The position numbers and the translations under genes are program-made. DNA of 64,000 nt, taken from Gammaproteobacteria bacterium (lineage in GTDB: Bacteria; Pseudomonadota; Gammaproteobacteria; Eutrophobiales; Eutrophobiaceae). This document shows, one piece after another, positions 1 to 12,984 of the stretch. The stretch's first letter is position 1. Each line of letters opens with the position of its first letter. The stretch covers positions 1,440,001 to 1,504,000 of the forward strand of contig OZ244905.1 of the NCBI GenBank assembly GCA_965221695.1, written 5' to 3'. The notes under the pieces were generated by a model that worked only from the letters and a program-made list of their open reading frames with translations, was not told the origin of the DNA and searched no databases.

Positions 1-108
1 TACGGATTGATCCGCGTCTTTGTCATAATAAATATTCATTATTCATCTCTCTTAACTCGTCTTTTTTCACGCAAGTATGTTTTATACCTGATATTGCCGG
101 ACAACCAC

Positions 109-189
109 CATTCCCGTGCAAACGGGAATCCTGTGAACAACTCCTCCTAATATACTGTGCTCACTGGATTCCCGCTGTTGCGGGAACGG
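109..189. repeat. Pair of ATTCCC-N8-GGGAAT-type REP-like palindromes
   Basis: cattcccgtgcaaacgggaatcc (109-131) and ctggattcccgctgttgcgggaacgg (164-189), facing each other; related copies near 14.0-14.2 kb and 26.76-26.85 kb. Confidence 0.65.
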
Positions 190-278
190 TAAACGCTGAC
201 GGACAATATCAAATTGAAGAGCCGCCAGCAGCGCTAGTACTCTTAAGAAAAACCCGCGCTTAAAGCTTCAGGTTCCGG

Positions 279-770
279 TCATACTCTGATTGCTTTTTCA
301 CCGCGCGCGATACCGGAAACGCCAGTGCGAACAGTTTCCAGTATCAATTCAGGTTTTACGGTTTTCAGGAAGGCATCCAGCTTATCACCGTCGCCGGTGA
401 CTTCTATTGTATAGGAGTTTTCGTTCACATCGACGATGCGTCCCCTGAAAATCTCGCTCAATCGCATCAGCTCTTCCCTGCAGGAATCGTTTGCCCTGAC
501 TTTTACCAGCATCAATTCCCGTTCTATATGTTCGCTCTCGTTCAGATCCACGACTTTTATCACATCCACCAATTTGTTCAGGTGTTTGGTGATCTGTTCA
601 ATGATCGCTTCTGAACCGGATGTCACTATCGTCATGCGGGAGACAGTAGAATCCTCCGTGGGCGCCACGGTAAGTGATTCGATATTGAAGCCGCGCGCAG
701 AAAACAGGCCGGAAATTCTTGACAGCGCCCCGGCCTCATTCTCGACCAGCAGAGACAGAATATGGCGCAT
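279..770 (-). CDS. ilvH: Acetolactate synthase small (regulatory) subunit
   Basis: MRHILSLLVENEAGALSRISGLFSARGFNIESL ACT domain; directly follows ilvI. Confidence 0.97.
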   Translation of the reverse strand: MRHILSLLVENEAGALSRISGLFSARGFNIESLTVAPTEDSTVSRMTIVTSGSEAIIEQITKHLNKLVDVIKVVDLNESEHIERELMLVKVRANDSCREELMRLSEIFRGRIVDVNENSYTIEVTGDGDKLDAFLKTVKPELILETVRTGVSGIARGEKAIRV

Positions 771-2497
771 CAGGCCAATTCCCGCTCTTCGGAGCCGGGC
801 GCCAAGTGCATCTCATGCTGCCCTTTGCCGGCGGCGATCATCGGATATACGTTCTCGGTCTGGTCAGTAATAAAGTCCATCAAAACCAGCTTGTCTTCCA
901 TTGCCAGGGCCTCCTTGAGCGCCGGTTCCACATCGGCGGCCTGCTCGATGCGCATCCCAACGTGGCCAAAGCTCTCAGCCAGCTTGACGAAGTCCGGCAA
1001 GGCATCCATGTAGGAATGGGAATAACGTTTCTCATAAAAGAACTCCTGCCACTGCCTGACCATCCCCATATAGCGGTTATTGAGGTTGATGATCTTTATC
1101 GGAGTCTTGTATTGCAGGCAGGTTGAAAGCTCCTGAATACACATCACCAGGCTGGCCTCACCGGTAATGCAGGCCACCGTTTCGTCCGGATAGGCGATCT
1201 TGGCTCCCATCGCCGCCGGCAAGCCAAAGCCCATCGTGCCGAGACCACCTGAATTCAACCAGCGGCGCGGCTTGTCAAACTTGTAAAACTGCGCCGCCCA
1301 CATCTGGTGCTGGCCTACGTCAGAGGAGATAAAAGCATCGCCACCGGTCAACTCGTACAAGCTCTCAATAACCCGCTGGGGCTTGATCAGGCGCGAGTTT
1401 CTGTCGAAGCGCAAACAGTCCATGTCCTGCCATGCCTTAATCTGCCGCCACCAGCCGTCTATGTCCGGCCGCTCCCGATTCTGTTGCAAACTGGCATTAA
1501 GGTCGCACAGCACATGTTTGACGTCACCGACAATGGGCACATCTACGGGCACGTTCTTGGCAATGGAGGACGGGTCAACATCGATATGGATGATTCTTGC
1601 ATGGGGACAGAACTGTTCCAGGTCGCCCGTCACGCGGTCATCGAAGCGCGCGCCAATAGCGATCAACACATCACATTGGTGCATGGCCATATTGGCCTCA
1701 TAGGTGCCGTGCATTCCAAGCATACCGATAAACTGCTTGTCCGTAGCAGGATATGCGCCCAAACCCATCAGGGTATTGGTGATCGGGAAACCCAGCAACC
1801 GGGTAAATTCGATTAATTCAGCGCTGGCTTCCGAGAGAATAACACCGCCGCCGGTATAGATCATGGGCTTGCGCGCCTGCAACATGAGCTTGACAGCCCG
1901 CCTGATCTGGCCCGGGTGTCCTTTGACAGTAGGCCGGTAAGAGCGCATGTCGACCGTTTCCGGGTATTCATAAGCACAGGAATTTGCGGTAACGTCCTTG
2001 GGAATATCCACCACGACCGGTCCGGGACGGCCGGTACAGGCGACGAAGAACGCTTTTCTGATGACACTGGCCAGGTCTTGCACATCGCTGACCAGGAAAT
2101 TGTGCTTTACACAGGGTCGGGAAATGCCGATTGCATCGACTTCCTGGAACGCGTCGTTGCCGATAACGGATGTGGGGACCTGGCCGCTGAAAACTACCAG
2201 GGGAATGGAATCCATATACGCCGTGGCAATCCCGGTAATCGCGTTGGTGATGCCTGGCCCTGACGTGACCAGCGCCACCCCGGGTCGGCCTGTTGCTCGG
2301 GCATAGCCATCGGCCGCGTGCGCGGCGCCCTGCTCGTGGCGAACGAGGATGTGTTCCACTTCAGTCTGCTTGTACAACTCGTCGTAGATATGTAATACGG
2401 CGCCGCCGGGATAACCAAAAACATGTTTTACCCCTTCATCTTTCAGGGCCCGAACGAAGATTTCGGCCCCGCGCAGTATCGGTTTTGAACTGTTCAC
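770..2497 (-). CDS. ilvI: Acetolactate synthase large subunit
   Basis: FGYPGGAVL, RHEQGA, TSGPG, MLGMHG, SGGLGTMGFGLP motifs. Confidence 0.97.
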   Translation of the reverse strand: MNSSKPILRGAEIFVRALKDEGVKHVFGYPGGAVLHIYDELYKQTEVEHILVRHEQGAAHAADGYARATGRPGVALVTSGPGITNAITGIATAYMDSIPLVVFSGQVPTSVIGNDAFQEVDAIGISRPCVKHNFLVSDVQDLASVIRKAFFVACTGRPGPVVVDIPKDVTANSCAYEYPETVDMRSYRPTVKGHPGQIRRAVKLMLQARKPMIYTGGGVILSEASAELIEFTRLLGFPITNTLMGLGAYPATDKQFIGMLGMHGTYEANMAMHQCDVLIAIGARFDDRVTGDLEQFCPHARIIHIDVDPSSIAKNVPVDVPIVGDVKHVLCDLNASLQQNRERPDIDGWWRQIKAWQDMDCLRFDRNSRLIKPQRVIESLYELTGGDAFISSDVGQHQMWAAQFYKFDKPRRWLNSGGLGTMGFGLPAAMGAKIAYPDETVACITGEASLVMCIQELSTCLQYKTPIKIINLNNRYMGMVRQWQEFFYEKRYSHSYMDALPDFVKLAESFGHVGMRIEQAADVEPALKEALAMEDKLVLMDFITDQTENVYPMIAAGKGQHEMHLAPGSEERELA

Positions 2498-2620
2498 CTG
2501 GAAATTCCACAGTCTGGTAAATTACAGAAGGGGTAACTTACTGATATTCTTTACAAGCGTCAAGTTGAGTTGTGCTTTTCGCACATTCGGCTCAGGGTAA
2601 ACGAGCGCTTTGTATTTTCC

Positions 2621-2728
2621 GTTTCCCCCGGGGGCGCAGGCGTCTCGAGTCCCAATATCACGGTTAATGGCTGGCAGACCCGTTTCCCCTGGGAGCGCGG
2701 GCGTCTCGCCCGCGTGCGCGCCGCCGCC
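2621..2728. repeat. Two degenerate REP-like units (ctgggagcgcgggcgtctcgcccgc type)
   Basis: gtttcccccgggggcgcaggcgtctcg and gtttcccctgggagcgcgggcgtctcgcccgc are repeated in the intergenic region. Confidence 0.55.
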
Positions 2729-2813
2729 AACTTTTTTCACACTTTTGTGAGTTTTCTCACATTTTTGCTGATTTATTTCTTTTCAACTCAGATCAACACT
2801 CTAAAATTTCCTT

Positions 2814-3031
2814 AGCCTCGAAGAAATGAGGCCGCGGCAAGCCTTACTCCAATCGGGCAAGCCGCCAGCACAGGGAAGTCGAGGACTTCACCTGGTCCTC
2901 ACGCTGGAATCCTCCGTGCCTGCAGGCGGCCCGTTTGTTAGCCGCGGGCCAGGGATCAGGGAAACCTGAAGGCGCCAGGGGGCGCGGCAACCGGTAGCGC
3001 GAAACCCGCCGCTCCCCTCTGGCAGGGGGAT
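2814..3031 (+). ncRNA. Candidate structured non-coding RNA, family unassigned
   Basis: GC-rich island between AT-rich flanks with many hairpins (GCCTC/GAGGC, GAGGAC/GTCCTC, GGCCCG/CGGGCC, TCAGG-GAAA-CCTGA, TCCCC/GGGGA); TAAAAT -10-like box at 2802. Confidence 0.5.
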
Positions 3032-3133
3032 CAAGAAGAATTATATCTGGAAAAAAACCCGCATCAGTTATAAAATGGATTCAGATATAAATTACGAACT
3101 GCTTACAGTCATCATAACCATTATTGCCACCCA

Positions 3134-4843
3134 ATGCGGACCACGGAAACTCTACTGGCTACCTTGCGCGAGGCGCCGGCGGATGCCGAGGTTATCAGCC
3201 ACCAGTTGATGCTGCGGGCCGGCCTGGTCAGGCAGACCGCGGCGGGGATTTACAACTGGTTGCCCCTGGGCTTGAAGGTTTTGCGCAAGGTGGAAGCCAT
3301 CGTGCGCGAGGAAATGGACGCATCAGGCGCGCAGGAAGCGCTGCTGGCCGGCGTGCAACCCGCGGAGTTATGGCATGAATCCGGGCGCTGGGAGGAATAT
3401 GGCCCTGAACTGTTGCGTTTCACGGACCGGCATAACCGGGACTTCTGCCTTGGTCCTACCCATGAAGAAATCATCACGGATTTAATCCGGCACGAAATCC
3501 GCAGTTATAAGCAGTTACCAATCAATTTATACCAGGTGCAGACCAAGTTCAGGGACGAGATCCGTCCTCGCTTCGGGATCATGCGGGCGCGCGAATTCAT
3601 CATGAAAGACGCATACTCATTTCATCTCAGCCAGGAGTCCCTGGAACAAACTTACCAGGTTATGTACCAGACCTACTCTCGGATTTTTACCCGGCTTGGG
3701 TTGGAATTTCGTCCCGTTCTCGCCGACAGCGGCAATATCGGCGGCAAGGTATCCCATGAATTTCATGTGCTGGCGACCTCTGGTGAAGACCGTATCGCGT
3801 TTACCCGGGACTCCGAGTTCGCCACCAATGTGGAGCTCATCGCCGCGTCCGCGCCGGCGCAACCAAGACCGGCGCCGGACCAACCCATGGAGAAGGTGGC
3901 AACGCCGGATCAGCATACCATAGACGATCTCAGTCGTTTTCTTGGCATCAGCCCGGCGCGCTGTCTGAAGACATTGATCGTCAAAGGTAGCGACTCCGGA
4001 CTGGTCGCGCTGGCGTTGCGTGGGGACCACGAATTGAATCGTCTGAAAGCGGAAAAACTGCCGGAAACAGCAACGCCGCTCAGCTTCGCATCCCCGGAGG
4101 AGATCAGCAAAGAGTTGGGCTGCGATATCGGTTCACTGGGCCCGGTAGGATTGAATATCCCGGTTATCGCCGACAACGCTGCTCTGGCTCTGGCAGATTT
4201 TGCCTGCGGCGCCAACGAGAACGGCTATCACCTTACGGGAGTAAACTGGCAAAGAGACCTGGAAGAGCCCGCGCCCGCAGACCTGCGCAATGTCGTCGAA
4301 GGCGATCCTGCGCCCGATAACTCGGGACCATTGCAGATAGCTCGCGGTATCGAAGTAGGACATATCTTCCAACTGGGCACAAAATACAGCGACGCGATGA
4401 AGACCACCTGCCTTGATGAAACCGGCGCGGCAGTCACTCTGTTCATGGGCTGTTACGGCATCGGCGTCTCACGCATTGTCGCCGCCGCCATCGAACAAAA
4501 CCACGACACGCGCGGCATCATCTGGCCGGCCGCAATGGCTCCATACCAACTGGCCCTGATACCCATCCATGCGCACAAGTCCCAACGCCTGCGGGCAGCC
4601 GTTGAGGAGCTGTATCAACAACTGCTGGACAACGGTATCGAAGTATTACTGGACGACAGGAAGGAGCGGCCGGGAGTCATGTTTGCCGATGTGGAACTGA
4701 TCGGGATACCACATCGCTTCGTATTCAGCGAACGCGGGCTGGACAACGGCGCCCTGGAGTACAAAGGCAGGCGCGATGAACAAAGCACGGACATCCCGCT
4801 GGCGCGCGCGGTCGAGTATATCAAGGACAAACTGGAATACTGA
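3134..4843 (+). CDS. proS: Prolyl-tRNA synthetase with editing insertion domain
   Basis: [43 protein letters not shown]. Confidence 0.98.
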   Translation: MRTTETLLATLREAPADAEVISHQLMLRAGLVRQTAAGIYNWLPLGLKVLRKVEAIVREEMDASGAQEALLAGVQPAELWHESGRWEEYGPELLRFTDRHNRDFCLGPTHEEIITDLIRHEIRSYKQLPINLYQVQTKFRDEIRPRFGIMRAREFIMKDAYSFHLSQESLEQTYQVMYQTYSRIFTRLGLEFRPVLADSGNIGGKVSHEFHVLATSGEDRIAFTRDSEFATNVELIAASAPAQPRPAPDQPMEKVATPDQHTIDDLSRFLGISPARCLKTLIVKGSDSGLVALALRGDHELNRLKAEKLPETATPLSFASPEEISKELGCDIGSLGPVGLNIPVIADNAALALADFACGANENGYHLTGVNWQRDLEEPAPADLRNVVEGDPAPDNSGPLQIARGIEVGHIFQLGTKYSDAMKTTCLDETGAAVTLFMGCYGIGVSRIVAAAIEQNHDTRGIIWPAAMAPYQLALIPIHAHKSQRLRAAVEELYQQLLDNGIEVLLDDRKERPGVMFADVELIGIPHRFVFSERGLDNGALEYKGRRDEQSTDIPLARAVEYIKDKLEY

Positions 4844-4906
4844 TCGCTGCCTTGTGGATGATGGAAACGCTGACTGTTATCGTTTTTACGAACCGGAGAC
4901 AGAGCA

Positions 4907-5254
4907 ATGACCGTAACAATCTACCATAACCCCAGGTGCAGCAAATCCAGGCAGACCCTGGAATTATTGCGCGGTAGAGGGCTGGAACCGAAAATCATCG
5001 AGTACCTGAAAAATCCGCCGGATAAAAGCGAAATGTCTACGATACTGGCGCTGTTGGGAATGGCGCCCCGAGAGCTGATGCGGAAAAAAGAAACGGAGTA
5101 CAAGGCCAACGGCCTGGACGCTCAGAGCCTGTCCGACAAACAGTTGCTTGACGCGCTGGTTGCGCATCCTGTGTTGATTGAACGTCCCATTGTGCTCGCC
5201 AACGGCAAAGCCGTCATAGGGCGGCCGCCGGAAAACGCGCTGAAAATAGTCTAA
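4907..5254 (+). CDS. arsC: Arsenate reductase (glutaredoxin-type ArsC family)
   Basis: IYHNPRCSKSR ... LIERPIV ... IGRPPE. Confidence 0.9.
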   Translation: MTVTIYHNPRCSKSRQTLELLRGRGLEPKIIEYLKNPPDKSEMSTILALLGMAPRELMRKKETEYKANGLDAQSLSDKQLLDALVAHPVLIERPIVLANGKAVIGRPPENALKIV

Positions 5255-6856
<1,602 letters not shown>

Positions 6857-6951
6857 AGCTTCGCTGTTGCGCGGCTGAAATTTATGTTCCTGGTCGAACA
6901 CCAGGGAACCTTGGCTCTTGTGCGTTGATTTTGTCATACCGGCGTTCGCAG

Positions 6952-8016
6952 TCATGGGTTCAGGAGGTAATAGTGGCCGTGAGAGCTTTCAACCGGTTCC
7001 AGGGTCCTTCCCAGGTTAATAGTCCGAAGCACAGCTTGCTCCCCGCCATACGCTACCAACGCCAGGATGACTTCTCCTACACGAGCCTCTTTCACATGGA
7101 CACGGATGATTGAACTCAGTGATTCCAGGTAGTTGAGCAAACGCGCATAACCCTCAACCGTATTCACGGCGCCTACCGTGATCTCGATATCCAGCGCCAT
7201 AGCGTAACTGTCGCTGCGGACGAATTCGTATGCCAGGTCGTCGACAAGATCCTCGATTCCCTCTTCCAACGCGAGCTCCAACAGGTCTGTCTCAGTTCTC
7301 CATGCGCGCTTGAGGCCGTCGCTCCCGTAACTTTTCCACCTGCCTTCCCAGATTCCCGAGGCGGGGGAACTCATGCTTGCCGTCAAGATAATGTCGGCCT
7401 GGTACCTGGCAGAAGCCGCCATAATCTGTTCTTCGAACCCAAACCATACATCGCCGGGACGAATCCGCATTTGATCATCTAAGTCGTGTAGGGGAAACAA
7501 GATGGCGACACCGCGCCGTTGCGCTACCTGCCGCACAATCGTCAACAATGCCGAGGCGTTTCCGGGTTCGGCAAATAGTCTGCGGTTTGACCGTTCCAGC
7601 GCCAACCACACCAGGATCGACGGACGTTCCTCGTCCCAGACCGGTATCTGCAAGGCCCGCAGGGAGTTATTCAGGTTCTCCCGGTCAAATTTAACCAGCA
7701 GACGCCATTGCCGCGCGGGAACCGGATCGGTCGGGAGGAGTATTTCCGGCTCAAGCTCCCGGTATCGGTATTGTTGCACAAACTTTTCCGCCTGTTCCAG
7801 GATCGTCGCTAACGCATTATCCTCTGACGCATTTCGAACGCCGGTCAGCTTCACCAACGTCCTGCCCAAGCAGTCCCGGATTGCTGCCAACCTGTCCTCG
7901 CTTGATTGGCTGCTTACGATTGTCTCGGCCTCATACAGACCCGGCACCTTGATGGCATGAACGAACAACGGGGCTGAACAAAACAGACAACAGGCTATCC
8001 AAACTATTTTTTTCAT
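6952..8016 (-). CDS. DUF2066-like exported protein
   Basis: Signal peptide, LYEAE...LVKLTG, W..ERPSILVWL; located between purM and hda as is usual. Confidence 0.8.
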   Translation of the reverse strand: MKKIVWIACCLFCSAPLFVHAIKVPGLYEAETIVSSQSSEDRLAAIRDCLGRTLVKLTGVRNASEDNALATILEQAEKFVQQYRYRELEPEILLPTDPVPARQWRLLVKFDRENLNNSLRALQIPVWDEERPSILVWLALERSNRRLFAEPGNASALLTIVRQVAQRRGVAILFPLHDLDDQMRIRPGDVWFGFEEQIMAASARYQADIILTASMSSPASGIWEGRWKSYGSDGLKRAWRTETDLLELALEEGIEDLVDDLAYEFVRSDSYAMALDIEITVGAVNTVEGYARLLNYLESLSSIIRVHVKEARVGEVILALVAYGGEQAVLRTINLGRTLEPVESSHGHYYLLNP

Positions 8017-8240
8017 AGATTCAAACCGGATAAAATCCGAAACTGCGCGCTGCTCCCGGACAGTGAAAAACCATGCCATTATAGTACAGCGCTTTATGGG
8101 AATATCATCGTATCAAAACCACAATCACGTCCGCTCCGTTAACAAACGCGAGGCAAAATCAGGCCAGCGGCCTAGGGGCTTGTCACAACACGCGCATCAC
8201 TGTACCGTAGGAACCCCTGAATTAACCCGGATATCCCACA

Positions 8241-9293
8241 ATGAAGCGAACCGATTATGAAGCCGCGGGGGTCAGTATCGACCGCGGCAACGCACTGGTC
8301 GCCAATATCAAACCCCTGGCGCAGGCCACGCAACGGCACGGGGCGCTGGGCGGACTGGGTGGGTTCGGGGCATTATTCGACCTGTCCGCAACCGGCTATC
8401 GCCAACCAATTCTGGTCTCGGGCGCCGACGGCGCAGGAACGAAAATAAAACTCGCCATCGAATTGGACCGTCACAAGACCATCGGCATAGACCTGGTTGC
8501 GATGTGCGTCAACGATATCCTGGCCCATGGCGCTGAACCCCTGTTTTTTCTGGATTATTTCGCCTGCTCCAGCCTGGATGTCGCGACCGCGACAGAGGTC
8601 ATAACAGGCATTGCCCAGGGCTGCGAGCTGGCCGGCTGCGCCCTGGCCGGCGGCGAGACCGCGGAAATGCCCGGAATGTATCGACCCGGCGACTATGACC
8701 TGGCCGGCTTCTGCGTGGGAGTCGTGGAAAAACAGAAAATTATCACCGGAGAACATGTGAGGGAGGGAGACGCGCTGATCGCCCTCTCCTCCAGCGGTCC
8801 CCATGCGAACGGATTTTCCCTGATCCGTAAAATTCTCGCCGACTCCGGCGTTTCATTGACCGACAGGTTGGACGGAATCCCGTTTTCCGATTTATTGCTG
8901 GAACCGACGCGCATCTACCGCAACGCCATCTTAACATTGATGCCGGAGATCACCCTCAAGGCGGTCGCTCATATCACCGGAGGAGGATTGACCGAAAACC
9001 TTCCCCGGGTCATCCCCGCAGATGCCTGTGCGGAAATTGAAGTCAGTAGTTGGCGTTGGCCCGGGATATTTCAGTGGTTGCAGGAAACAGGCAATGTTGC
9101 TACCGATGAGATGCGCCGCACTTTTAACTGCGGCATCGGTATGGTTCTGGTGGTGAGCGCGCAGGAGGAGAAGAAAACCCTGGAATTACTGGGCGCGGCA
9201 GGGGAACAAGCCTGGCGTCTCGGCACAATCCGTGGGCGTGACGGCGGCGGGCAGGCCCGCTACCTGTCTTCCAGCGGAACGAACTCCAGTTGA
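8241..9293 (+). CDS. purM: Phosphoribosylformylglycinamidine cyclo-ligase
   Basis: [42 protein letters not shown]. Confidence 0.97.
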   Translation: MKRTDYEAAGVSIDRGNALVANIKPLAQATQRHGALGGLGGFGALFDLSATGYRQPILVSGADGAGTKIKLAIELDRHKTIGIDLVAMCVNDILAHGAEPLFFLDYFACSSLDVATATEVITGIAQGCELAGCALAGGETAEMPGMYRPGDYDLAGFCVGVVEKQKIITGEHVREGDALIALSSSGPHANGFSLIRKILADSGVSLTDRLDGIPFSDLLLEPTRIYRNAILTLMPEITLKAVAHITGGGLTENLPRVIPADACAEIEVSSWRWPGIFQWLQETGNVATDEMRRTFNCGIGMVLVVSAQEEKKTLELLGAAGEQAWRLGTIRGRDGGGQARYLSSSGTNSS

Positions 9294-10399
9294 TCCGGAC
9301 CGGTGTAATTAGCGCCGGGGCGGATTATCTTTCCGTCAATACGCTGCTCAATGATGTGCGCGGCCCAGCCGGTTACCCGGGACATAACGAAAATTGGAGT
9401 AAACATGGGAGTGGGAATGCCCATCATGTTGTAGGAGACTGCTGAGAACCAATCCAGGTTGGGAAACATCTTTTTGGCTTCCCACATGACTGTCTCCAGC
9501 CGCTCGGCAATGCTAAAAAGTTTCAGGTCGCCGTTATTTTCGGAGAGCTGTTTTGCCACGCGTTTTATGACCTCGTTGCGGGGGTCGGAAAGAGTATAAA
9601 CGGGATGGCCAAAGCCTATGACAATCTCTTTCCGGGCGAGCCGTTCTCTGATGTCCGCTTCGGCTTCATCCGGGTCCGCATAACGCTGCTGGATTTCCAT
9701 GGCAACTTCATTGGCGCCGCCGTGTTTGGGGCCGCGCAAGGCGCCGATAGCGCCGGTAACAGCCGAATACATATCCGACCCGGTCCCGGCGATGACCCGG
9801 CCGGTGAAGGTTGAAGCGTTGAACTCGTGTTCCGCGTACAGGATCAGGGAGGTGTGCATGGCCCGAACCCATAAATCGGAGGGAGGCGCCTGGTGGAGCA
9901 TGCGCAGGAAGTGGCCGCCGATGGAATCATCGCTGGTCTCCAGCTCAATGCGCTTGCCGCGCCGGCTGAAGTGGAACCAATATGCCAGCATCGAAGGAAA
10001 GGAAGCCAGCAACCGGTCGGCGATATCACGGGCTTGCGCAATCGTATGTTGATCGGATTCCGGCGCCACGGCCCCCAGTAAGGAGCAACCGGTGCGCAAG
10101 ACATCCATCGGAGCGACCTGGGCAGGCAACAGTTCCAGCCCGGCTTTTACCGGATCCGGCAAGTCGCGCAAGGCGGCCAGCTTCGCCTTGTAACTGCGCA
10201 GTTCCGCCCGATCGGGCAACCGTTCATGCAGCAACAGGTGCGCAATCTCCTCAAACTCGCAGGTCTCTGCAATATCCAGGATATCGTAGCCGCGATAAGA
10301 CAAGTCGTTGCCGCTGCGCCCTACCGTACACAAGGCGGTATTCCCGGCTGGCACACCGGACAGTGAGACCGATTTCTTGGGTTTAATCCGAGCGCTCAT
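9260..10399 (-). CDS. prpC: 2-methylcitrate synthase
   Basis: [47 protein letters not shown]. Confidence 0.96.
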   Translation of the reverse strand: MSARIKPKKSVSLSGVPAGNTALCTVGRSGNDLSYRGYDILDIAETCEFEEIAHLLLHERLPDRAELRSYKAKLAALRDLPDPVKAGLELLPAQVAPMDVLRTGCSLLGAVAPESDQHTIAQARDIADRLLASFPSMLAYWFHFSRRGKRIELETSDDSIGGHFLRMLHQAPPSDLWVRAMHTSLILYAEHEFNASTFTGRVIAGTGSDMYSAVTGAIGALRGPKHGGANEVAMEIQQRYADPDEAEADIRERLARKEIVIGFGHPVYTLSDPRNEVIKRVAKQLSENNGDLKLFSIAERLETVMWEAKKMFPNLDWFSAVSYNMMGIPTPMFTPIFVMSRVTGWAAHIIEQRIDGKIIRPGANYTGPDQLEFVPLEDR

Positions 10400-11280
10400 T
10401 CCGATTTGCCCTCGACAAACAAAGCATCCAGTTTCTGTTCGTATTCATGGTAACCCAGTATGTCATACATAGCCTCACGCGTCTGCATGGACTGAATCAT
10501 ATTACGCTGGTGGCCGTCCTTGAGAACAGCCTGGTAAAAAGCCATAGCTGCCTTGTTCATAGCCCGATAAGCGCCGCAGCAGTACAGTACGATGTCAACG
10601 CCCAGCGCGCCCAACTCCTGTGTTGAGAACAGTGGTGTTTTGCCAAATTCGGTGATATTTGCCAGGATCGGCGCAGGGACTTGCGCGCGCAGGACCTGGT
10701 ACTGCTCCAGGGTAGACACTGCCTCCGGGAAAATCATATCGGCGCCGGCTTCGATACAGGCATTTGCCCGTTCAATAACGGCTTGCATACCCTCGACCGC
10801 CAGGGCATCGGTGCGCGCCATCACGACAAAGCTGTCATCAGCGCGGGCATCCACCGCGGCCTTGATGCGATCCACCATCTCTGACTGGGTGACGATAGCT
10901 TTGTTCGGCCTGTGCCCGCAGCGTTTCTGTGTCACTTGGTCCTCAATATGCATGGCCGCGGCGCCGGCTTTTGCCAGACTTCTTGTCGTTCTGGCGATAT
11001 TGAACGCGCCGCCGAAACCCGTATCCCCATCTACCAGCAACGGCAGCGCGCTCGCGTCAGTAATTCGCCGCACGTCAATCAGCAAATCTTCCAGGGAGCT
11101 GATGCCAAGGTCGGGCACGCCCAGGGAATTAGCGGCCAAACCACCACCGGACAGGTAAATCGCCTTATGTCCCGCCTGCTCCGCCATACGCGCCGCCAGC
11201 GCCGTGATTGTGCCGACAACCTGTAACGGCTTGTTATCGGCCACAGCCTGCCGAAATGTATTGTTTGCTGATGAATTCAT
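10396..11280 (-). CDS. prpB: Methylisocitrate lyase
   Basis: [24 protein letters not shown]; next to prpC. Confidence 0.96.
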   Translation of the reverse strand: MNSSANNTFRQAVADNKPLQVVGTITALAARMAEQAGHKAIYLSGGGLAANSLGVPDLGISSLEDLLIDVRRITDASALPLLVDGDTGFGGAFNIARTTRSLAKAGAAAMHIEDQVTQKRCGHRPNKAIVTQSEMVDRIKAAVDARADDSFVVMARTDALAVEGMQAVIERANACIEAGADMIFPEAVSTLEQYQVLRAQVPAPILANITEFGKTPLFSTQELGALGVDIVLYCCGAYRAMNKAAMAFYQAVLKDGHQRNMIQSMQTREAMYDILGYHEYEQKLDALFVEGKSE

Positions 11281-11322
11281 GTCTGAATTAAGGAATCTAT
11301 GATTAAGGAATTATCGTTTGTC

Positions 11323-11802
11323 TTAACCAGCGTCAGATAACTGACTTGTTCCGGTTGGCCGACGTATTACCGGGCTGGCAACGCGATTTTGATTGACCAG
11401 GGCTGATAATCGACGAAATTTAGCGCGATTGATCTGCCGGCGTTTGAGATCGTGCTCCCAGAACCGTAAAACCTTCCATTCTCTGGAGCGCAGTTCTTTG
11501 TTGATTTTTCTGTCTCGTTGAACATTTCTATTAATCTTAGCCTGCCAATAATCCATATTTGACGAAGGCATACGACAATGCTTCGCGCATCCGTGCCAGA
11601 AACAACCATCAATAAATACGGCAACCCGGTTTTTGGGGAACACAAAATCCGGTTTGCCGGACAGAGGATAATTCCTCCGCCAGCCTGTGATGCCCTGGCT
11701 TTTCAGTATTTCTATAAATTTCAGTTCCGTTGACTTGTTACGCTGGGAGCGAACCTGGCTCATAATCCAAGAGCGCTTTTTCACATCAACAGTATCTGTC
11801 AT
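11323..11802 (-). CDS. vsr: Very-short-patch repair endonuclease
   Basis: RSWIMSQVRS, GKPDFVF, FIDGCFWHGC, LRFWEH. Confidence 0.95.
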   Translation of the reverse strand: MTDTVDVKKRSWIMSQVRSQRNKSTELKFIEILKSQGITGWRRNYPLSGKPDFVFPKNRVAVFIDGCFWHGCAKHCRMPSSNMDYWQAKINRNVQRDRKINKELRSREWKVLRFWEHDLKRRQINRAKFRRLSALVNQNRVASPVIRRPTGTSQLSDAG

Positions 11803-11848
11803 TTACCTATAAGCAATATCCACTTGTGAAGCGCCGGACTTCAACTGG

Positions 11849-11879
11849 TTAAGGAAATTCTAATCGAGTCAGAGCTTCC
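11849..11879. repeat. Degenerate short MITE remnant
   Basis: ttaaggaaattctaatcgagtcagagcttcc. Confidence 0.55.
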
Positions 11880-11885
11880 GTTTGC

Positions 11886-12905
11886 TTAGGCAATCCGGGC
11901 TGAGTTGAAGTGACCGGAAGCCCGCTCTTGCTGCAAACGTTTCTGAACAAAAACGGCATTTTTTCTGGCTGGGTTAAAATCAATCACACGTAAAAGATTG
12001 CTGATCACTTGGCTCGCCACAGGCGCCGGCAGGCTATTGCCGGCTTGTTTTCTGGTTTGACTGTCGTTGCAAACAATCTTGAAGTCATCAGGAAAGCCTT
12101 GCAGCCGCAACATTTCTCTGGGAGTCAGGCGGCGTTTGCCGTCCACGAGCAAGTAATTGTAAGAGGCGCCGGCGCGCAAAGCGCATGAAAAAGGGTGCAC
12201 AGCCACATTTCCACCTTTGTTTTCGTGCCATATATTTGGCGCGGCGGGCAATTTATCGCCCCTCACTTTTTCCTTTCTTCTCGCAACTATATGCGCAGAG
12301 GCATAGTGTTTTGCGGGAATATTACTCTCAAGAATATGTTTCAGCGGGCGCATCGGCACACCGCCCACAGGCCATTGAAAAACCGCTTCTGGCTCAAGCG
12401 CGCCGACGATAAAGATCCGTTCTCTTTTTTGCGGCAAACCAAAATCAAGCGCGTTAAGGACTTTATAATCACACTCGTAGCCCAGATTTTTTATCGTTTC
12501 AATGATACGCGCCAGGGTTTGCCCTCGATTGTGTCCAACTAATAGCTTTACGTTTTCCAGCACAAAAGCCCTGGGTTGTTTTGCCTCCAGGATTCTTGCA
12601 ATATCGAAGAACAGCGTTCCCCTGGTATCCTCGAAGCCTTTCATGTGTCCGATGATGCTGAACGGCTGACAAGGAAATCCCGCAAGAAGAATATCGTGGT
12701 CGGGTATCTCCGATGCGTTAATCGAAGTAATATCTCCCCATGGCATTTCCGAAAAATTGGAACAATACGCTCTCCTGCATTCCTCATCTATGTCGCTTGA
12801 GAAAACGCAATCTGTCTCCAATTTTATCCGTGAAGCAGCGTCTTCCATGGCCAGGCGGAAACCGCCGATCCCGCAAAAAAGATCAATGTAATTAAGCGTT
12901 TTCAT
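11886..12905 (-). CDS. dcm: DNA (cytosine-5)-methyltransferase
   Basis: IDLFCGIGG, GFPCQPFS, ENV, PQKRERIF, RLQGFP, GNS motifs. Confidence 0.95.
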   Translation of the reverse strand: MKTLNYIDLFCGIGGFRLAMEDAASRIKLETDCVFSSDIDEECRRAYCSNFSEMPWGDITSINASEIPDHDILLAGFPCQPFSIIGHMKGFEDTRGTLFFDIARILEAKQPRAFVLENVKLLVGHNRGQTLARIIETIKNLGYECDYKVLNALDFGLPQKRERIFIVGALEPEAVFQWPVGGVPMRPLKHILESNIPAKHYASAHIVARRKEKVRGDKLPAAPNIWHENKGGNVAVHPFSCALRAGASYNYLLVDGKRRLTPREMLRLQGFPDDFKIVCNDSQTRKQAGNSLPAPVASQVISNLLRVIDFNPARKNAVFVQKRLQQERASGHFNSARIA

Positions 12906-12984
12906 ATCAGCTTTGCTGTGCGACAACGATACAGAAATTGATACGGACTTTCAACGGTCGATTTAAACTACACAAGATTGCCGC

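Noticed and set aside
1-26. Possible start of a minus-strand gene (MTKTRINP)
   Set aside because: Only eight codons are visible; cannot be identified
11835-12960. Imperfect direct repeat cggacttcaactggt / cggactttcaacggt flanking dcm
   Set aside because: Too short and imperfect to separate from chance
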